This document shows positions 11,676 to 20,465 of a stretch of DNA of 64,000 nt, piece by piece. The stretch is from an uncultured Verrucomicrobia subdivision 3 bacterium (GTDB lineage Bacteria; Verrucomicrobiota; Verrucomicrobiia; Limisphaerales; UBA11358). The stretch spans positions 14,125-78,124 of the forward strand of contig CAIMLG010000059.1 of assembly GCA_903842235.1 (NCBI GenBank), given 5' to 3'. Under the pieces are notes generated by a model. That model did not search any database. It was not told the origin of the DNA and saw only the letters and a list, made by a program, of their open reading frames with translations. Each line of letters begins with the position of its first letter. Within the stretch, counting starts at the first letter, position 1. A program made the translations under genes and the position numbers.

Positions 11676-13009
11676 AGCCCAATTTCACCCGGCGCGAATT
11701 CCTCGGCACCACCGCCGTGGCCGGCGCCGGCCTGCTGCTGGCCTCCTGCAGTCCGAACCAGCCCAAAGCCCCCGGCGCCAAGAGCACCCTGAGCCAGCTC
11801 AACATCGCCCTCATCGGCTGCGGCGCGGAAGGCCAGGTGCTGCTCGAATCCCTGCTGGTGATCGAGGGCATCCGCCTCGTGGCCATCGTGGACATCTGGG
11901 ATTACAACCGCGACAGCAATGTCCGCCGGCTCAAGAGCCAGGGCATCGAGGTGAAGAGCTACGAGAACTACGAGGATTTGTTGGCGCACGAAAAAGATCT
12001 GCAAGCCGTGATCGTCGCCACGCCGGATTTCTGGCACGCGCCCATCACCAATGCCTGCCTCCAGGCCGGCCTCCATGTGTATTGCGAGAAGATGATGAGC
12101 AATACCATCGAAGGCGCCCGCTCCATGGTGCAAACCATGCGGGCCACCGGCAAGCTGCTGCAAATCGGCCACCAGCGCCGCAGCAACCCGCGCTACATGT
12201 TTGCACTCAACCGGCTGGTGAATGACGCCAAAATCTGCGGCCGGCTCACCGCCGCCAACGGGCAGTGGAACCGCGCCGTGTCCGAAGATTTCGGCTGGCC
12301 GAAGAAATTCGCCCTGTCGGCGGAAATGCTCGCCAAATACGGCTACAAGGACATGCATCAATTCCGCAACTGGCGCTGGTTCAAGGCGCTTGGCGGCGGG
12401 CCCCTGTCCGATCTGGGCGCCCATCAGATTGATATTTTCAACTGGTGGTTCGGCATGGCCCCCACTTCGGTGATGGCCAGCGGCGGCGTGGATTACTACA
12501 AGAACCACGAATGGTATGACCACGCCATGGTCATTTACGAATACCCGCTGCCCACCGGCACCGTGCGGGCCTTCTACGAAGTGCTCACCACCACCAGCGC
12601 CGGCGGCGGCTATTCCGAGATGTTCATGGGCGACGAGGGCACCATCAAGATGTCCGAGAACCCCAGCATCACCAAGCTTTACCGCGAAGACCGCGCCCCG
12701 GCCTGGGATGAACTCGTGGCCAAGAACTATCTCCGCGCCAGCGCCGTGGCCGCCGCCAGCACGGAGGCCGACAAGGTGGATGTCCGGGAAACCGCTCCCC
12801 TGCTCCAGTATGACATTCCGGTGTCCTTCGCCAAAAAGATTCACCAGCCGCACCTGGAGAATTTCTTTAACGCCATTCGCGACCAGAAAGTAAAATTGAA
12901 CTGCCCCGCCGACGAGGCCTTCGCCAGCGAATACGTCATTCACAAGGCCAACGAAGCCATTGCCGCCCGCAAAACCATTGAAATCACCGCCGCCGAAACC
13001 AAAGCCTGA
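11669..13009 (+). CDS. Gfo/Idh/MocA family oxidoreductase with twin-arginine signal
   Basis: TRREFLGTTAVAGAGLLLASC signal, Rossmann IALIGCGAEGQ, VYCEKMMS motif. Confidence 0.9.
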   Translation: MVKPNFTRREFLGTTAVAGAGLLLASCSPNQPKAPGAKSTLSQLNIALIGCGAEGQVLLESLLVIEGIRLVAIVDIWDYNRDSNVRRLKSQGIEVKSYENYEDLLAHEKDLQAVIVATPDFWHAPITNACLQAGLHVYCEKMMSNTIEGARSMVQTMRATGKLLQIGHQRRSNPRYMFALNRLVNDAKICGRLTAANGQWNRAVSEDFGWPKKFALSAEMLAKYGYKDMHQFRNWRWFKALGGGPLSDLGAHQIDIFNWWFGMAPTSVMASGGVDYYKNHEWYDHAMVIYEYPLPTGTVRAFYEVLTTTSAGGGYSEMFMGDEGTIKMSENPSITKLYREDRAPAWDELVAKNYLRASAVAAASTEADKVDVRETAPLLQYDIPVSFAKKIHQPHLENFFNAIRDQKVKLNCPADEAFASEYVIHKANEAIAARKTIEITAAETKA

Positions 13010-13039
13010 CCGTTTCCGTCTTACCCCCCAGACACGCCT

Positions 13040-13699
13040 ATGAATACATTCCTCCCCAAACTCACCGTGGCCCTCCTGCTCACCACCGCTGTGGCGCTGG
13101 CCGAAGACAAGGTGCCGCTGAAGATTGAACTCCCCAAGCCGCTCAAAGTCGGCACCCCGGTGCCCATCAAGATTCCCAACCTGGAGCCGACCCTCAAAGG
13201 CGCCCGCCCCGCCTTCCTCGTGCCTGTGGGCACCACCAACCTGGCCGCCGGCAAAACCGTCACCGCCAGCGATGACACCATCATGGGCACGCTGGACCTC
13301 CTCACCGACGGCGACAAGGCCGGCGACGAAGGTTCCTGGATCGAATTGCCCCCCGGCAAACAGTGGGTGCAAATTGACCTCGCCAAGGAATCGGACCTCT
13401 GCGGCGTGCTCGTCTGGCATTACCACTCGCAAGAGCGGGCCTATTATGACGTCGTAGTGCAAGTTGCCAACGACCCCAAGTTTGAAAAGGACGTCACCAC
13501 CATCTTCAATGCCGATGCCAACAACGAACTCGGCCTCGGCGCGGGCAAAGACCTGCCCTACATTGAAACCTATCAGGGCAAACTGATTGATACCGGCAGC
13601 GTGAAAGCCCGCTACATCCGGCTCTACAGCAAGGGCAACACCACCACCAGGATGAACCACTACATCGAAGTGGAAGTCTTCGGCAAACCCGCCGCCTAA
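13040..13699 (+). CDS. secreted F5/8 type C (discoidin) domain protein
   Basis: Signal peptide MNTFLPKLTVALLLTTAVALA. The C-terminal half (...WVQIDLAKESDLCGVLVWHYH...ARYIRLYSKGNTTTRMNHYIEVEVFGK) fits the discoidin pattern. Confidence 0.7.
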   Translation: MNTFLPKLTVALLLTTAVALAEDKVPLKIELPKPLKVGTPVPIKIPNLEPTLKGARPAFLVPVGTTNLAAGKTVTASDDTIMGTLDLLTDGDKAGDEGSWIELPPGKQWVQIDLAKESDLCGVLVWHYHSQERAYYDVVVQVANDPKFEKDVTTIFNADANNELGLGAGKDLPYIETYQGKLIDTGSVKARYIRLYSKGNTTTRMNHYIEVEVFGKPAA

Positions 13700-13718
13700 G
13701 TCCCCAGTCCGCATTTCA

Positions 13719-13753
13719 CCCCCTGCCCCTCACCGGGAGCAGGGGGTTTTTGT
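13719..13753 (+). terminator. rho-independent terminator
   Basis: 8-bp stem ccccctgc/gcaggggg with a 12-nt loop, followed by tttttgtt; starts 20 nt after the stop at 13699. Confidence 0.85.
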
Positions 13754-13948
13754 TCCTCGGCCTGGGAATGACGGCGAAAACCCAACCACCGGAAAGCTGG
13801 CGCGAGCCTGGCCGGGTGTGTTATTAAAAACAAAAGCGAGACCACCATTACAACGCCCCGGACATCACCATTCCTGCGCTGGACCATCTTCCTGGCCCTG
13901 GCCCTGCTCGCCCTGGCGGTTCGCCTGCCGCACCTGGCGGATCGGCCC

Positions 13949-15367
13949 ATGCACACGGACGAAGCCGTCAATGCCGACATCCTCGGCGAACTGCTGGCGG
14001 GAGGAACATATCACTACGACCCGCAAGACCGCCACGGGCCGGTTTTATATCTGCTCGCCAAACCCATCGCCCAACTCGGCGGGGCCAAAAAACTGGCCGA
14101 CTTGACCGAAACCGAGCTCCGGCTCACGCCGGCGCTCGTCGGCAGCGCCACAATTCTGTTATTTGGCGCGGCGGTGGAACTGTTTGGGTTCCTGCCATGC
14201 CTGATCGCCGCCCTGCTCTTCGTCGTCGGTCCCCTGCCCGTCTATTACAGCCGTTATTTCATCCATGAAACCCTGTTTGTCGCGGCCACCTTCGGGCTGA
14301 TTCTGTCCGGGGCACAGGCGCTCCAAACCCAATCCGGCCGCTGGGCCGCCCTGGCCGGATTCTGCGCGGCCCTGATGCTGGGCTGCAAAGAAACGGCGGT
14401 TCTCCATTTCGGGGCGCTGGCCGCAACCGGGCTCATCGGCGGCCGCTGGCGATGCCGAACCACGGAACCGCCGGCCTCCGCCGGCCCGGAACTCCCGCCG
14501 GTGGAACCCGCGCGCGGCGCGCCGATGGGAAAAATCAGCTTCATCGCGGGCGCGGTCTTTCTGTTGACGACCCTGTTGCTCTTCACCGGGTTCGGCCAAA
14601 ATTGGCAGGGGCTGGCCGACCTGGGGCACGCCCTCCCGCGCTTCCTGGCCCGGGCAGGGGGCGAAGGACACGAAAAGCCGTTCGGCTACTATTTCCCCCT
14701 GCTCGATCCGCTGTTTATTTTTTCCATCGTCGCGCTGGCCGGAATTTACGCGGCCATTACGGACGCGGTGACGGGCGCGCGCAAGGCGGGATTGTTACTG
14801 ACGGTTTATGGGCTGCTGATTTTGCTGATCTATTCGGCCGTTCCCTACAAGACCCCCTGGCTGGCGCTGAATCTCTGGCTGCCGCTGGCCCTGCTCTGCG
14901 GCCTGGGCGCGGGCGCCATCTGGGAACAGATCAAAACCCCGACGGGCCGCTGGATCGCCGGCCTTGCCATCGGGGCCTTGATCGTCGTGGCGGGCCAGCA
15001 GACCAAGACATTGGCGTTTGATGATCCGGCGGCTGAAAAAAACCCGCTGGCCTACGCCCACACCGGCGAAGATCTCGCGCGCCTGCCCCTGCGCCTGACG
15101 CAGTTGGTGAAGGAAAAACAATTAGCCGAACCGACCATTGCCGTCGTGGCGGCTGATCCGTGGCCGCTGCCGTGGTATTTGCGGAAATTTGCCCGGGTGG
15201 GCTACTGGCAGCCGGGCCAGGAACCGGGCGCGGCGGATTTTTTTATCACGTCCACGGACCCGGCCGAAGCGCTGGCCCAACGATTGAAAGATTATCGCCC
15301 GGAATTTTTCGGCGTCCGCCCAAATGTTTTAGTCATCCTCTGGACGCCCCCGCCCGCCCAGCCATGA
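13949..15367 (+). CDS. GT-C / PMT_2-type membrane glycosyltransferase-like protein (TIGR03663-like)
   Basis: RPMHTDEAV...YHYDPQDRHGP motif region and many TM helices. The first ATG is 13949, but in-frame TM-helix codons continue upstream to 13772 without a canonical start (see finding). Confidence 0.75.
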   Translation: MHTDEAVNADILGELLAGGTYHYDPQDRHGPVLYLLAKPIAQLGGAKKLADLTETELRLTPALVGSATILLFGAAVELFGFLPCLIAALLFVVGPLPVYYSRYFIHETLFVAATFGLILSGAQALQTQSGRWAALAGFCAALMLGCKETAVLHFGALAATGLIGGRWRCRTTEPPASAGPELPPVEPARGAPMGKISFIAGAVFLLTTLLLFTGFGQNWQGLADLGHALPRFLARAGGEGHEKPFGYYFPLLDPLFIFSIVALAGIYAAITDAVTGARKAGLLLTVYGLLILLIYSAVPYKTPWLALNLWLPLALLCGLGAGAIWEQIKTPTGRWIAGLAIGALIVVAGQQTKTLAFDDPAAEKNPLAYAHTGEDLARLPLRLTQLVKEKQLAEPTIAVVAADPWPLPWYLRKFARVGYWQPGQEPGAADFFITSTDPAEALAQRLKDYRPEFFGVRPNVLVILWTPPPAQP

Positions 15368-16194
15368 GCGAGATCCACGTTTTCCATCACCGGGCCATGG
15401 CCACGCAGTTTCAGGTGCGCATTGCCGGCCAAGACCAGCCCTACGCCGCGCAGACGGCGCAAGCGGCCTTTGCCCTGACCGACCAACTGGAGTCGCTCCT
15501 GAGCCGCTTCCGCGCCAACAGCGACATCAGCCAGATTGCCAAGCTGGGGCCACAGGAAAAGCTGCGGCTGAGCGAACCCGTGTTTGCCTGCCTCCGCGTC
15601 GCCCGCCGGATGGAAGCCGCCACGCGCGGCGCGTTTTCCGTCACCGCCGCCGCCCTGCAAACGCAGCCCACGCGGCCCTTATGGTCGCTGCTGGAAAAGG
15701 AATTTTCGCTGCGCTGCGACAGCGGCCGGGTGGAACTGGATTTAGGCGCCATCGGCAAGGGCTTTGCCCTGGACCGCATGGCAGAGATTTTGCGCGAGTG
15801 GGATTGCCCGGCCTTTCTGCTCGTGGCGGGCGGGAGCAGCGTGCTCGCGGGCGAAGCGCCGGCGAGGACGGCGGGCTGGTCCTGCGGGCTGGGCGACGAT
15901 CATTCGCCGCACCGCTACTGGCTGAAAAACGGCTCGCTGAGCGGGTCTGGTCTGGCGGTTAAAGGAAAGCACATCATTGACACGCGCACCGGCATCCCCA
16001 CCGCCCGGCGAAATCGCGTCTGGGCTTTGGCGGACACCGCCGCCGAGTCGGACGCGCTCTCGACGGCGGGGATGATATTGACGGAAGCGGAAATCAGCGA
16101 CGTGCTGGCGAACGAGCCCGGCTGGCTGATGTTCCTCCAGGAAAAAGAAAACTGGCGGCACCTGGGCTTGCGCCCCGTGCCGCCAGCGATGTGA
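15364..16194 (+). CDS. apbE: FAD:protein FMN transferase
   Basis: MATQFQVRI..., LGAIGKGFALDRMAEIL, ...IIDTRTGIP. ATG 15364 overlaps the upstream TGA (ATGA). Confidence 0.85.
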   Translation: MSEIHVFHHRAMATQFQVRIAGQDQPYAAQTAQAAFALTDQLESLLSRFRANSDISQIAKLGPQEKLRLSEPVFACLRVARRMEAATRGAFSVTAAALQTQPTRPLWSLLEKEFSLRCDSGRVELDLGAIGKGFALDRMAEILREWDCPAFLLVAGGSSVLAGEAPARTAGWSCGLGDDHSPHRYWLKNGSLSGSGLAVKGKHIIDTRTGIPTARRNRVWALADTAAESDALSTAGMILTEAEISDVLANEPGWLMFLQEKENWRHLGLRPVPPAM

Positions 16195-16206
16195 TCCCGA
16201 AATTAT

Positions 16207-17076
16207 TTATTTTGCGCCGAACCCGCGCACGAAGCCGATGCATTGCGCCACATCGGTGACGTTGTTTTTCCAGTTGTATTCGTATTCGATGGAGATGTTG
16301 CCCGCAAACTTCTGCCGCTTCAATTCCTTGAGCATGGCGGGCACGTCGGCGATCCCGGTGCCATACGGCACGTCATGGGCGTTGCCGGATTTCTCGTTGA
16401 GATCCTTCAGGTGGATGCTGACGAGGTGGCCTTCCAGAATTTTCAAGCAGTCCACCGGAACCAGTCCCGAGCGAATCCAGTGGCCGGTATCCGCCGCCGA
16501 GCCAATCCGCGCATCGCGATCTTTGACAATGCTCAGGATGTAGTTCGGATCCCAGACCTGGTAGTTGGGATTGTTCGCTTGGCGGGGATGATTGTGGAAG
16601 CCGACGCGGATGTCGTATTCCTTGACCAGCTTTTCAATCGTGTCCAAGGCATCCACCGATTCGGTGGTAATGGCATACAGGCCGAGTTTCTTGGCCAATT
16701 CAAAAACCTTCCGCGCTTCCGCCTCGTTTTTGGGAATGCCCACCACGCCGTAGTTCACGGCCCGCACCCCGCGCTTTTCCAACCGCGCCTGGACGGCGGC
16801 AACGGTTTCCGCCGAGGCGTTGTGATCAAATTTCACATCCGGCTGTTCCGGACTCAGCTTCTGGCCGGGGAAAAATTCGATAACCTTGCCGCCGGCATCG
16901 GCGGTTTTATCAATGGCCTCCAGCACGGAATAATTATTGAAGGTCCAAGCCTGGCAGCCAATGGCCACGCCGCCGGTCTGGCAGGCCTCGGGAATGGGCG
17001 TGGCCGAGGTCAGGGTTGCGCCAGCCAGCCAAAGCCCGCCCGCCAAGGTGAGAAAAGGAAGTATCGAATGTTTCAT
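16207..17076 (-). CDS. secreted sugar phosphate isomerase/epimerase (xylose-isomerase-like TIM barrel)
   Basis: Signal peptide MKHSILPFLTLAGGLWLAGATLTSA; ...RVGFHNHP...VSIHLKDL... family pattern. Confidence 0.8.
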   Translation of the reverse strand: MKHSILPFLTLAGGLWLAGATLTSATPIPEACQTGGVAIGCQAWTFNNYSVLEAIDKTADAGGKVIEFFPGQKLSPEQPDVKFDHNASAETVAAVQARLEKRGVRAVNYGVVGIPKNEAEARKVFELAKKLGLYAITTESVDALDTIEKLVKEYDIRVGFHNHPRQANNPNYQVWDPNYILSIVKDRDARIGSAADTGHWIRSGLVPVDCLKILEGHLVSIHLKDLNEKSGNAHDVPYGTGIADVPAMLKELKRQKFAGNISIEYEYNWKNNVTDVAQCIGFVRGFGAK

Positions 17077-17174
17077 GATATAAAATATTTTTTGGTGACG
17101 GCGAATTATTCCACACTGAAATGAATTTGCAAGTAACCCTTGAACCCCTTATTCCGTCTCGACGTTCATGAACC

Positions 17175-17207
17175 GGCACTCTGGCCCATCTTTTGGCACT
17201 CTGGCCC
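17175..17207. promoter_or_regulatory. two direct copies of GGCACTCTGGCCC spaced 20 bp apart, in a divergent promoter region
   Basis: Copies at 17175-17187 and 17195-17207, between divergent genes 16207..17076(-) and 17296..18750(+). Confidence 0.3.
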
Positions 17208-17295
17208 CGCAAAGGCGGCGACAACGCGCAAAAAATCTTTATCCGCCCACCGTTTTTTCTTTAACTCTCCGGTAATTTAACCCTTAATTTCCCCC

Positions 17296-18750
17296 ATGAA
17301 AGCACCCACTTCTCGCACCTCGCTACGCTGGAACCGTCGCGACTTCCTCAAGGCCTCCACGCTGGCCGCCGGGGCCGCCTTCTTCGGCGTCCCGACGCTG
17401 CTGCGCGGCCAGAACCTCAACAGCAAGCTGAACATTGCGTGCATCGGCATCACCGGCAAAGGCGGCACCGACACGGAGCACTGCGCCGGCGAAAACATCG
17501 TGGGCTTGTGCGACGTGGATGCCGCCCGCGCCGCCGACCAAATCGCCAAGTATCCCGGCGCCAAATTCTATCGCGATTACCGCAAGCTGCTCGACGAACT
17601 CGGCAAGGGGATTGACGCGGTCACCATTTCCACGCCGGATCATTTTCATGCCATCGCCGCCGCCGCCGCCATGCGGACGGGCAAACACGTCTATTGCCAA
17701 AAGCCGCTGGTGCAGACCATTTACGAGGCGCGCTACCTGCGCAACCTCGCCAAGGAATCCGGCGTGGTCACCCAAATGGGCAATCAGGGCAGTGCGGCCG
17801 ACGGGCTGCGCCGCGCGGTGGAATGCGTTCAGGGCGGCATCATCGGCCAGGTGCGCGAGGTGCATGTCTGGAGCAACCGCCCGGTCTGGCCGCAAGGCAT
17901 GGGCCGCCCCGACGGTTCCGATCCTGTGCCCGAAACGCTCGACTGGGACATCTGGCTCGGCCCGGCCCCGGTGCGGCCGTATAAGAAAGATGTTTATACG
18001 CCGTTCAAATGGCGCGGCTGGCTGGATTTCGGCACCGGCGCGCTCGGCGACATGGCGTGCCACACGGTCAACATGCCGTTCCGTGCGCTCCAGCTCGGTT
18101 ACCCGACGGAAATTGAAGCGGCGGTGATCGGGGCCATGAACCAGGAAACGTATCCGTCCGGCTCGAAAATCCGTTTTCAATTCCCTGAGCGCAGCCTGGG
18201 CAAACAGGCGCTGGCCCCCGCCACGTTCACTTGGTATGACGGCGGCCAGCCCAATCAAGGCAAGCGATTTGGGCACGATTACAGCAACAAACCGCCGCAG
18301 GAATTGCTCACCGACATTGAGGCGCTGCAGGGGGAAGTGCCCACCAGCGCCTGCCTGATGATCGGCGACAAGGGCCAGATCTTCTCCCCGGACGATTACG
18401 GCGAACAGTTTTTCGTGAAACAGGACGGCGATAAAAAATTCGTCCATTACAGCAAACATCCCGCCGTGGCCACGATCGGCCAGAGCGTGCCGCGTAATAT
18501 GTTCAAGGGCGACAACGACTCGCGCCATCATCAGGAATGGATTGCCGCCATCAAGGCCGGCAAACCGCAGGATTGCTACTCGCGCTTCGAGATCGGCGCG
18601 CAGCTCACGGAAATCATGCTGCTCGGCTGCGTGGCCATGCGCGTGGGCAAGAAGCTGGAATGGGACGGGCCGAACATGCGGGCCACGAACTGCCCCGAGG
18701 CGGCGCCCTTCATCAAACGCGAGAACCGCGCCGGCTGGGCGATGGCCTAA
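17296..18750 (+). CDS. Gfo/Idh/MocA family oxidoreductase with twin-arginine signal
   Basis: NRRDFLKASTLAAGAAFF signal, Rossmann IACIGITGKGG, VYCQKPLV motif. Confidence 0.9.
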   Translation: MKAPTSRTSLRWNRRDFLKASTLAAGAAFFGVPTLLRGQNLNSKLNIACIGITGKGGTDTEHCAGENIVGLCDVDAARAADQIAKYPGAKFYRDYRKLLDELGKGIDAVTISTPDHFHAIAAAAAMRTGKHVYCQKPLVQTIYEARYLRNLAKESGVVTQMGNQGSAADGLRRAVECVQGGIIGQVREVHVWSNRPVWPQGMGRPDGSDPVPETLDWDIWLGPAPVRPYKKDVYTPFKWRGWLDFGTGALGDMACHTVNMPFRALQLGYPTEIEAAVIGAMNQETYPSGSKIRFQFPERSLGKQALAPATFTWYDGGQPNQGKRFGHDYSNKPPQELLTDIEALQGEVPTSACLMIGDKGQIFSPDDYGEQFFVKQDGDKKFVHYSKHPAVATIGQSVPRNMFKGDNDSRHHQEWIAAIKAGKPQDCYSRFEIGAQLTEIMLLGCVAMRVGKKLEWDGPNMRATNCPEAAPFIKRENRAGWAMA

Positions 18751-18771
18751 GTCGTTGCCGATAAAACAAAA

Positions 18772-18806
18772 AGCCGGGGCACCGCAGCGGTGCCCCGGCT
18801 TTTATA
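18772..18806 (+). terminator. rho-independent terminator
   Basis: Perfect 13-bp stem agccggggcaccg/cggtgccccggct with a 3-nt loop, then tttataatttt. Confidence 0.9.
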
Positions 18807-18843
18807 ATTTTCACCGCCGAGCCCATCAGAGTATTTCCATTAA

Positions 18844-18884
18844 CCTAAACCGCGGTTCAACCACGGAGGGACAGGATATCCGCG
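18844..18884. repeat. REP-like intergenic element (second copy of the 5013 type)
   Basis: cctaaaccgcggttcaaccacggagggacaggatatccgcg. Confidence 0.6.
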
Positions 18885-18916
18885 CCAGCCGGATGAGCAA
18901 TCGCGCCTGATTATAA

Positions 18917-19792
18917 CTACGGTTTTGCCAGCTTGGCCGCCGCGCGAATCGCCGCGGCCAGCTGCGCGGGCGGCCACGCATTGCCGTCGAATTGCTGGAA
19001 GATTCTCCCCTGCCCGTCCAGCACCACGGTGCGCAGATTATGCGAGAGCGTGCCGTTCTCCCGCCAGACATTCAAATCCACTTTCGGGGCGAGGCCAGCC
19101 AGCGTATTGGTGGATGCGGCGGCGAACAACCAACGGTCCGGATTCAACCCCCGATAAACGCCGGCATAACGAGCCAGCACTTCGGGGCGATCCACGCCGG
19201 GATCGAAGGAAAGCGACAGCAACTGCCAGTTCGCCGGCGCGTTGGTGTCCGCCAACAGGAGCCGGCGCGCTTCGGCAAAGTTCTGGCTCATCCGCGGGCA
19301 ATATTCCGGCAGCGGACAGCTCGTGAAGAAAAAAGTGAACGCCACGGCCCGCCCGCGGTAATCCGAGAACCGGATGGAACGCCCCGACTCGCTGGTGAAC
19401 TCGGCATCCGGCAGCAGGTCGCCCACCGACAGTTCGGGCTCGGCGAGGTGCCAGCCGGGCGGCCCGGACACCGTGGCTTGGGCGACGCGCCGCAGGTGCT
19501 CAATCCAGTCGTCATCCGCCGTCACCACGAGGGTAAAGGTGATTTCATCGCCGGGCGCCACGCCGGCCAGCACATTGGTATCGCGCACGGAAAAATCCAT
19601 GGTCATGGCCGCCATGTAGCCGGGAATCGGCTCATGCTTGATGGTGGCGTGGCGGCGGTCGGCCGGAATGGCCTGCACCACGCCGCGCACGGCATAAGTC
19701 TGGCGGGTCGCCGGAGCAGACGCGGGTGACGATGCCGGCTGGCAGCCCGCCAGCAGGGTCAGGGCGAGGGCGAGGAGGAGGACAGGGTGCAT
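18917..19792 (-). CDS. SCO-family copper chaperone lipoprotein with N-terminal His/Met copper-binding domain
   Basis: Lipobox MHPVLLLALALTLLAGC. HATIKHEPIPGYMAAMTMDFSV is CusF-like. Thioredoxin-fold core FFFTSCPLPEYCP. First ATG 19792 (track TTG 19801). Confidence 0.85.
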   Translation of the reverse strand: MHPVLLLALALTLLAGCQPASSPASAPATRQTYAVRGVVQAIPADRRHATIKHEPIPGYMAAMTMDFSVRDTNVLAGVAPGDEITFTLVVTADDDWIEHLRRVAQATVSGPPGWHLAEPELSVGDLLPDAEFTSESGRSIRFSDYRGRAVAFTFFFTSCPLPEYCPRMSQNFAEARRLLLADTNAPANWQLLSLSFDPGVDRPEVLARYAGVYRGLNPDRWLFAAASTNTLAGLAPKVDLNVWRENGTLSHNLRTVVLDGQGRIFQQFDGNAWPPAQLAAAIRAAAKLAKP

Positions 19793-19797
19793 GAGAT

Positions 19798-20463
19798 TCA
19801 AGGTTCGGCGCGCAACCGCGCGATTTCCGCCACCACGGCGGCCGGCGTCTCGGCCCGCAGGCCATCGAAATAGCGCCGGGTGCGCCCGTGCCGGTCCACC
19901 ACGGCGATCCGCTCGGTGCCCGTGAAATGGCCGGGCATGGAGTTAAACGGGTTGCCGTCATCCGGCGCGAGAAAACTTTGGGCGATGAGGCCATGGAGCA
20001 CGGTTTTGCTGCCGGTGAGAAAATACCAGCGGTTTGTGTCCGCCCCGAAGCGCGCGCCCCATTGGGCCAGCACCGGCGGGGTATCCGAGCGCGGATCCAC
20101 GGTGAGCGACAGCAGCCGCACGTCGGCATGGGTGGCGGTCAACCGCTGGATTTCCGCCATGTGCCGGGTGACTTCCGGGCACGTCAGGGAACAACTGGTA
20201 AAGAGAAAGCTGACCACGAGAATTTTCCCGGCCAGTTCCGCCCGCGTCACCGGGCGCCCGCTGGCCCCAGTCAAAGCAAAATCAACAAGCCAGCGCTCCT
20301 TTTCCAGCGGCTGGCCGGAGAGATGGGAGGGAGAGGAAAAATGGGTGGCCACGAACCAGCCACCCAAGCCGGCCAGCAAGGCCAGCACCATGATGCTGAT
20401 GAGAAACAGTCGTTCCTCCCGACGCGGGCGGAGCGCAATCCGTTGATCCGGTTCCGTTGGCAT
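19798..20463 (-). CDS. SCO-family protein, membrane anchored
   Basis: N-terminal TM helix; core VVSFLFTSCSLTCPEV; ATG 20463 (track TTG 20469). Confidence 0.85.
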   Translation of the reverse strand: MPTEPDQRIALRPRREERLFLISIMVLALLAGLGGWFVATHFSSPSHLSGQPLEKERWLVDFALTGASGRPVTRAELAGKILVVSFLFTSCSLTCPEVTRHMAEIQRLTATHADVRLLSLTVDPRSDTPPVLAQWGARFGADTNRWYFLTGSKTVLHGLIAQSFLAPDDGNPFNSMPGHFTGTERIAVVDRHGRTRRYFDGLRAETPAAVVAEIARLRAEP

Positions 20464-20465
20464 CG

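Noticed and set aside
11573-13714. 713-aa minus-strand ORF, the longest 'extra' ORF in the track
   Set aside because: It lies antisense to two well-supported genes (an oxidoreductase and a discoidin protein). Its Gly/Ala/His/Arg/Val-rich composition with no motifs is typical of open antisense frames in high-GC DNA.
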